Position numbers and translations under genes: made by a program. A DNA stretch of 64,000 nt from an uncultured Gemmiger sp. (GTDB lineage: Bacteria > Bacillota > Clostridia > Oscillospirales > Ruminococcaceae). Shown in pieces: positions 60,989 through 64,000 of the stretch. The stretch spans positions 14,900 through 78,899 of the forward strand of contig CALXIA010000004.1 of the NCBI GenBank assembly GCA_944388245.1, read 5' to 3'. Under the pieces are notes generated by a model. That model was given only the letters and a program-made list of their open reading frames with translations. It was not told the origin of the DNA and made no database searches. Position 1 is the first letter of the stretch. Every line of letters begins with the position of its first letter.

Positions 60989-61042
60989 GAATCTCGTTGA
61001 ATTGATAACAACTCTACCAGACAACGAAAGGAGGCGGACAGA

Positions 61043-61114
61043 ATGATCGACCGGCACGGCAAAACCTTGAGCCGCAGGGACAGTCTGTCCGCGCTCCCGC
61101 TCTGCCCGTTCTGA
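61043..61114 (+). CDS. Putative 23-aa leader peptide MIDRHGKTLSRRDSLSALPLCPF
   Basis: Strong RBS AAAGGAGG 8 nt upstream; lies between promoter and terminator. Confidence 0.55.
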   Translation: MIDRHGKTLSRRDSLSALPLCPF

Positions 61115-61144
61115 CGGGCAGCATCGGAACGCGGTCTGTTTGAC

Positions 61145-61174
61145 GCCCCCGGCTTTTACGCCGGGGGCTTTTTT
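61145..61174 (+). terminator. Premature intrinsic terminator (attenuator) in the leader
   Basis: GCCCCCGGC-TTTTAC-GCCGGGGGC-TTTTTT, 26 nt before the ABC start. Confidence 0.8.
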
Positions 61175-61200
61175 GGTGTGTGAGACAAGGAGGAAATGGT

Positions 61201-63030
61201 TTGAAGCAATCGAAACAGGGGCTCATCGGACGGTTCTTGCGCCCCTATCTGTGGATCTTCGCGCTGACGCTGGCCTTCTCCATGGGCAACACGGTGTTGT
61301 CCTCCCTGACGCCGCAGGTGGTGCGGGTGGCGGTGGACTCCATCCTGGGCGGGGAGCCCATGCCCCGGGTGGTCACGGCGCTGGCGCCCCGGTCGCTGCT
61401 GGAGGCCGAACCCCTGACCCAGCTGCTGGCGGCGGCGGGCTTTCTGCTGGTGGTGGCGGTGCTGTCCGGCCTGTGCACCTACGGCAGCCGGATGGGCACC
61501 GCCAACGGCTCGGAGAACTTTGTCAAATCGCTGCGGGACGCGCTCTACCGCCACATCCAGCGGCTGCCCTACGCCTGGCACGTGGCCCACAGCACCGGCG
61601 AGATCATCCAGCGCTGCACCTCCGACGTGGACGTGGTGCGCAACTTTGTCACCAACCAGCTGCTGGAGGTCTGCCGGGTGGTGTTCCTGGTGGGCTTTTC
61701 GCTGGTGGTCATGGCCTCGATGAACCTGCGCATGACCCTGATCGCCGTGGCCTTTCTGCCCATCATCCTGCTCTATTCGCTCTTCTTCTACTCCCGGATC
61801 GCCCGCCGCTTCCTCACCGCCGACGAGGCGGAGGGGGAACTGTCCGCCACCGTGCAGGAGAACCTGACCGGCGTGCGGGTGGTGCGGGCCTTCGGCCGGG
61901 AGAGCTTTGAGGTGGACCGGTTCGACCAAAAGAACGAGCGGTTCGCCGCGTTGTGGATCCGGCTGGGGCGGCTGCTCAGCGCCTACTGGGGCATGGGCGA
62001 TCTGATCACCGGGCTGCAGATCCTCACCGTCATCTCGGTGGGGGTGGTGCAGGCGGTGAACGGGGCCATCACCCTGGGCGAGTTTCTGGCCTTTGTGTCC
62101 TACAACCAGTCGCTGGTCTGGCCGGTGCGCGGGCTGGGACGCATCCTGTCCGAGATGAGCAAGGCGGGGGTGTCCATCGAGCGGCTGGCCTACATCCTGG
62201 ATTCCGAGCCGGAGGCCGAGCCCGCCGACGCCCAGACCCCGCCCATGGACCAGGACATCGTCTTTGACCATGTGTCCTTTGCCTACGGCGGGCAGCCGGT
62301 GCTGCGGGATGTGAGTTTCACCATCCCGGCCGGCAAGACCTTCGCCATCCTGGGGGCCACCGGCAGCGGCAAGTCCACCCTGATGCACCTGCTGGACCGG
62401 CTGTACGATCTGCCGGCGGACAGCGGCGCCATCACCATCGGCGGGGTGGACCTGGCCCGCATCAGCCGGCCCTGGCTGCGGCGGAACATCGGCATTGTGC
62501 TGCAGGAGCCGTTTTTGTTCTCCCGCAGCATCCGGGAGAACATCGCCGCGGCCCGCCCCGGCGCCACCCTGGAGGAGGTGCGCGGCCGCGCCCAGACCGC
62601 CCATGTGGACGGGGCCATCCTGGAGTTTGCCGACGGCTACGACACCATCGTGGGGGAGCGGGGGGTGACCCTGTCCGGCGGGCAGAAGCAGCGGGTGGCC
62701 ATCGCCCGCACCCTGATGCTGGACGCGCCCATCCTGATCTTTGACGATTCCCTCTCGGCGGTGGACGCCGAGACCGACGCCCAGATCCGGGCCTCGCTGC
62801 GCCAGGCCAAGGGCACGGCGACGGTGATCCTGATCTCCCACCGGATCACCACCCTCATGCAGGCCGACTGCATCCTGGTGCTGCAGGACGGCAAGGTGGC
62901 CGAGATCGGCAGCCACGAGGAGCTGATGGAAAAAGGCGGGCTGTACCGGGAAATTTACGACCTGCAGATGTCCGGCGAGGACCGGGATCTGCTGTTTGAC
63001 GGGAAAGGAGGCGAAACCGATGGGGTTTGA
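61201..63030 (+). CDS. ABC exporter half-transporter 1 (heterodimeric multidrug type)
   Basis: TMD; GATGSGKST, LSGGQKQR, degenerate Walker B FDDSLSAVD; TTG after AAGGAGG. Confidence 0.92.
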   Translation: MKQSKQGLIGRFLRPYLWIFALTLAFSMGNTVLSSLTPQVVRVAVDSILGGEPMPRVVTALAPRSLLEAEPLTQLLAAAGFLLVVAVLSGLCTYGSRMGTANGSENFVKSLRDALYRHIQRLPYAWHVAHSTGEIIQRCTSDVDVVRNFVTNQLLEVCRVVFLVGFSLVVMASMNLRMTLIAVAFLPIILLYSLFFYSRIARRFLTADEAEGELSATVQENLTGVRVVRAFGRESFEVDRFDQKNERFAALWIRLGRLLSAYWGMGDLITGLQILTVISVGVVQAVNGAITLGEFLAFVSYNQSLVWPVRGLGRILSEMSKAGVSIERLAYILDSEPEAEPADAQTPPMDQDIVFDHVSFAYGGQPVLRDVSFTIPAGKTFAILGATGSGKSTLMHLLDRLYDLPADSGAITIGGVDLARISRPWLRRNIGIVLQEPFLFSRSIRENIAAARPGATLEEVRGRAQTAHVDGAILEFADGYDTIVGERGVTLSGGQKQRVAIARTLMLDAPILIFDDSLSAVDAETDAQIRASLRQAKGTATVILISHRITTLMQADCILVLQDGKVAEIGSHEELMEKGGLYREIYDLQMSGEDRDLLFDGKGGETDGV

Positions 63031-64000
63031 CGAGCAGGAATACACAAAATCCTTTGATATCCGGTCCTGGAAAAAGCTGCTGCCCTTTCTGCGGCCCTAC
63101 CGGGGGCTGGTGGGGACGGTGATCGCCCTGAACCTGCTGGTGGCCGTTGTGGACATCGCGCTGCCCCTGTTCCAGCGGTACGCCATCGACGCCTTTATCG
63201 AGACCGGCGATCTGACCGGCCTGCCCTGGTTCGCCGCGCTCTACGGCCTGGCCATCGCCGTGCAGGCGCTGACGGTCATCCTGTTCACCCGCCGGTCCAT
63301 GCGCATCGAGATGCAGCTGGGCCGGGATATGAAGCGGGCCTGCTTTGTGCATCTGCAGACCTTGTCCCTCTCCTATTACAACGTGACGCCGGTGGGGTAT
63401 CTGCTCAGCCGGATCATGAGCGACACCAACCGCATCGCCGGCATGATCGCCTGGAACTCCATCGACATCCTGTGGGCGCTGTTCTATGTGCTGGGGGTCT
63501 TCGGGATGATGCTGCTGCTCAACCCGGGCCTGGCGCTGACCGTCATCCTGATCGTGCCGGTGATCTCCCTGCTCACCGTCTGGTTCCAGGACCGCATCCT
63601 GCGCTGGAACCGCCGGGTGCGCAAGATGAATTCCCGCATTACCAGCGCCTACAACGAGGGCATCATGGGGGCCCGCACCTCCAAGACCCTGGTCATCGAG
63701 GAGCAGAACAGCCGGGAGTTTGAGGCTGTCACCCAGGATATGCGGGTCTCGTCGGTGCGGGCGGCCCGGCTGTCCGCCGTGTACATCCCGCTGGTGATGT
63801 TCTTCAGCTCCCTGACCACCGCCATCGTGCTGGCCAGGGGCGGCGCCCTGGCGCTGGAGCACCAGCTGCTGATCGGCACCCTCTCCGCCTTCACCGCCTA
63901 CGCGGTGGGCATCTTTGAGCCCATCCAGCAGATCGCCCGCAACATCGCGGATATTTTGTCGCTGCAGGCCAACATCGAGCGGGTCATGGGCCTGCTGGAA
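63020..64000 (+). CDS. ABC exporter half-transporter 2 (runs off the window end)
   Basis: ATG 63020 after AAAGGAGG; MGFDEQEYTKSFD..; TMD motifs PVGYLLSRIMSD and YNEGIMG. Confidence 0.9.
   Translation, partial: MGFDEQEYTKSFDIRSWKKLLPFLRPYRGLVGTVIALNLLVAVVDIALPLFQRYAIDAFIETGDLTGLPWFAALYGLAIAVQALTVILFTRRSMRIEMQLGRDMKRACFVHLQTLSLSYYNVTPVGYLLSRIMSDTNRIAGMIAWNSIDILWALFYVLGVFGMMLLLNPGLALTVILIVPVISLLTVWFQDRILRWNRRVRKMNSRITSAYNEGIMGARTSKTLVIEEQNSREFEAVTQDMRVSSVRAARLSAVYIPLVMFFSSLTTAIVLARGGALALEHQLLIGTLSAFTAYAVGIFEPIQQIARNIADILSLQANIERVMGLLE

Overview
High-GC, gene-dense chromosomal segment from a spore-forming Clostridia-class firmicute (gene content fits Oscillospiraceae/Ruminococcaceae; inferred, not searched). 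It carries a sugar ABC/aldolase/isomerase/SIS catabolic operon, sporulation genes (spoVAC-D-E, gpr, spoIIP), prfC, htrA, an SsuABC/TauABC-like transporter with a two-component system, rpsT, T-box-regulated asnS, mutY, mnmE-mnmG, a split transketolase, initiator tRNA-Met followed by a small low-GC islet, a CitA/CitB-type two-component system, an F-type ATP synthase operon, a LarA-family racemase and ABC exporters. No integrase, transposase or CRISPR array was seen. The most unusual signals are: (1) a dispersed family of modular, structure-conserved palindromic elements (six copies plus one distant relative) that begin 2-5 nt after stop codons, show compensatory base changes, and in two copies carry a second ~100-bp hairpin module nested in a loop; (2) an ATP synthase with delta fused to alpha and an acidic DDW tail on gamma; (3) an unannotated leader peptide and attenuator ahead of an ABC exporter pair; (4) two tandem M23 proteins lacking zinc ligands; (5) a GNAT-MnmM fusion. 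All calls come from reading motifs by eye; no database search was run.
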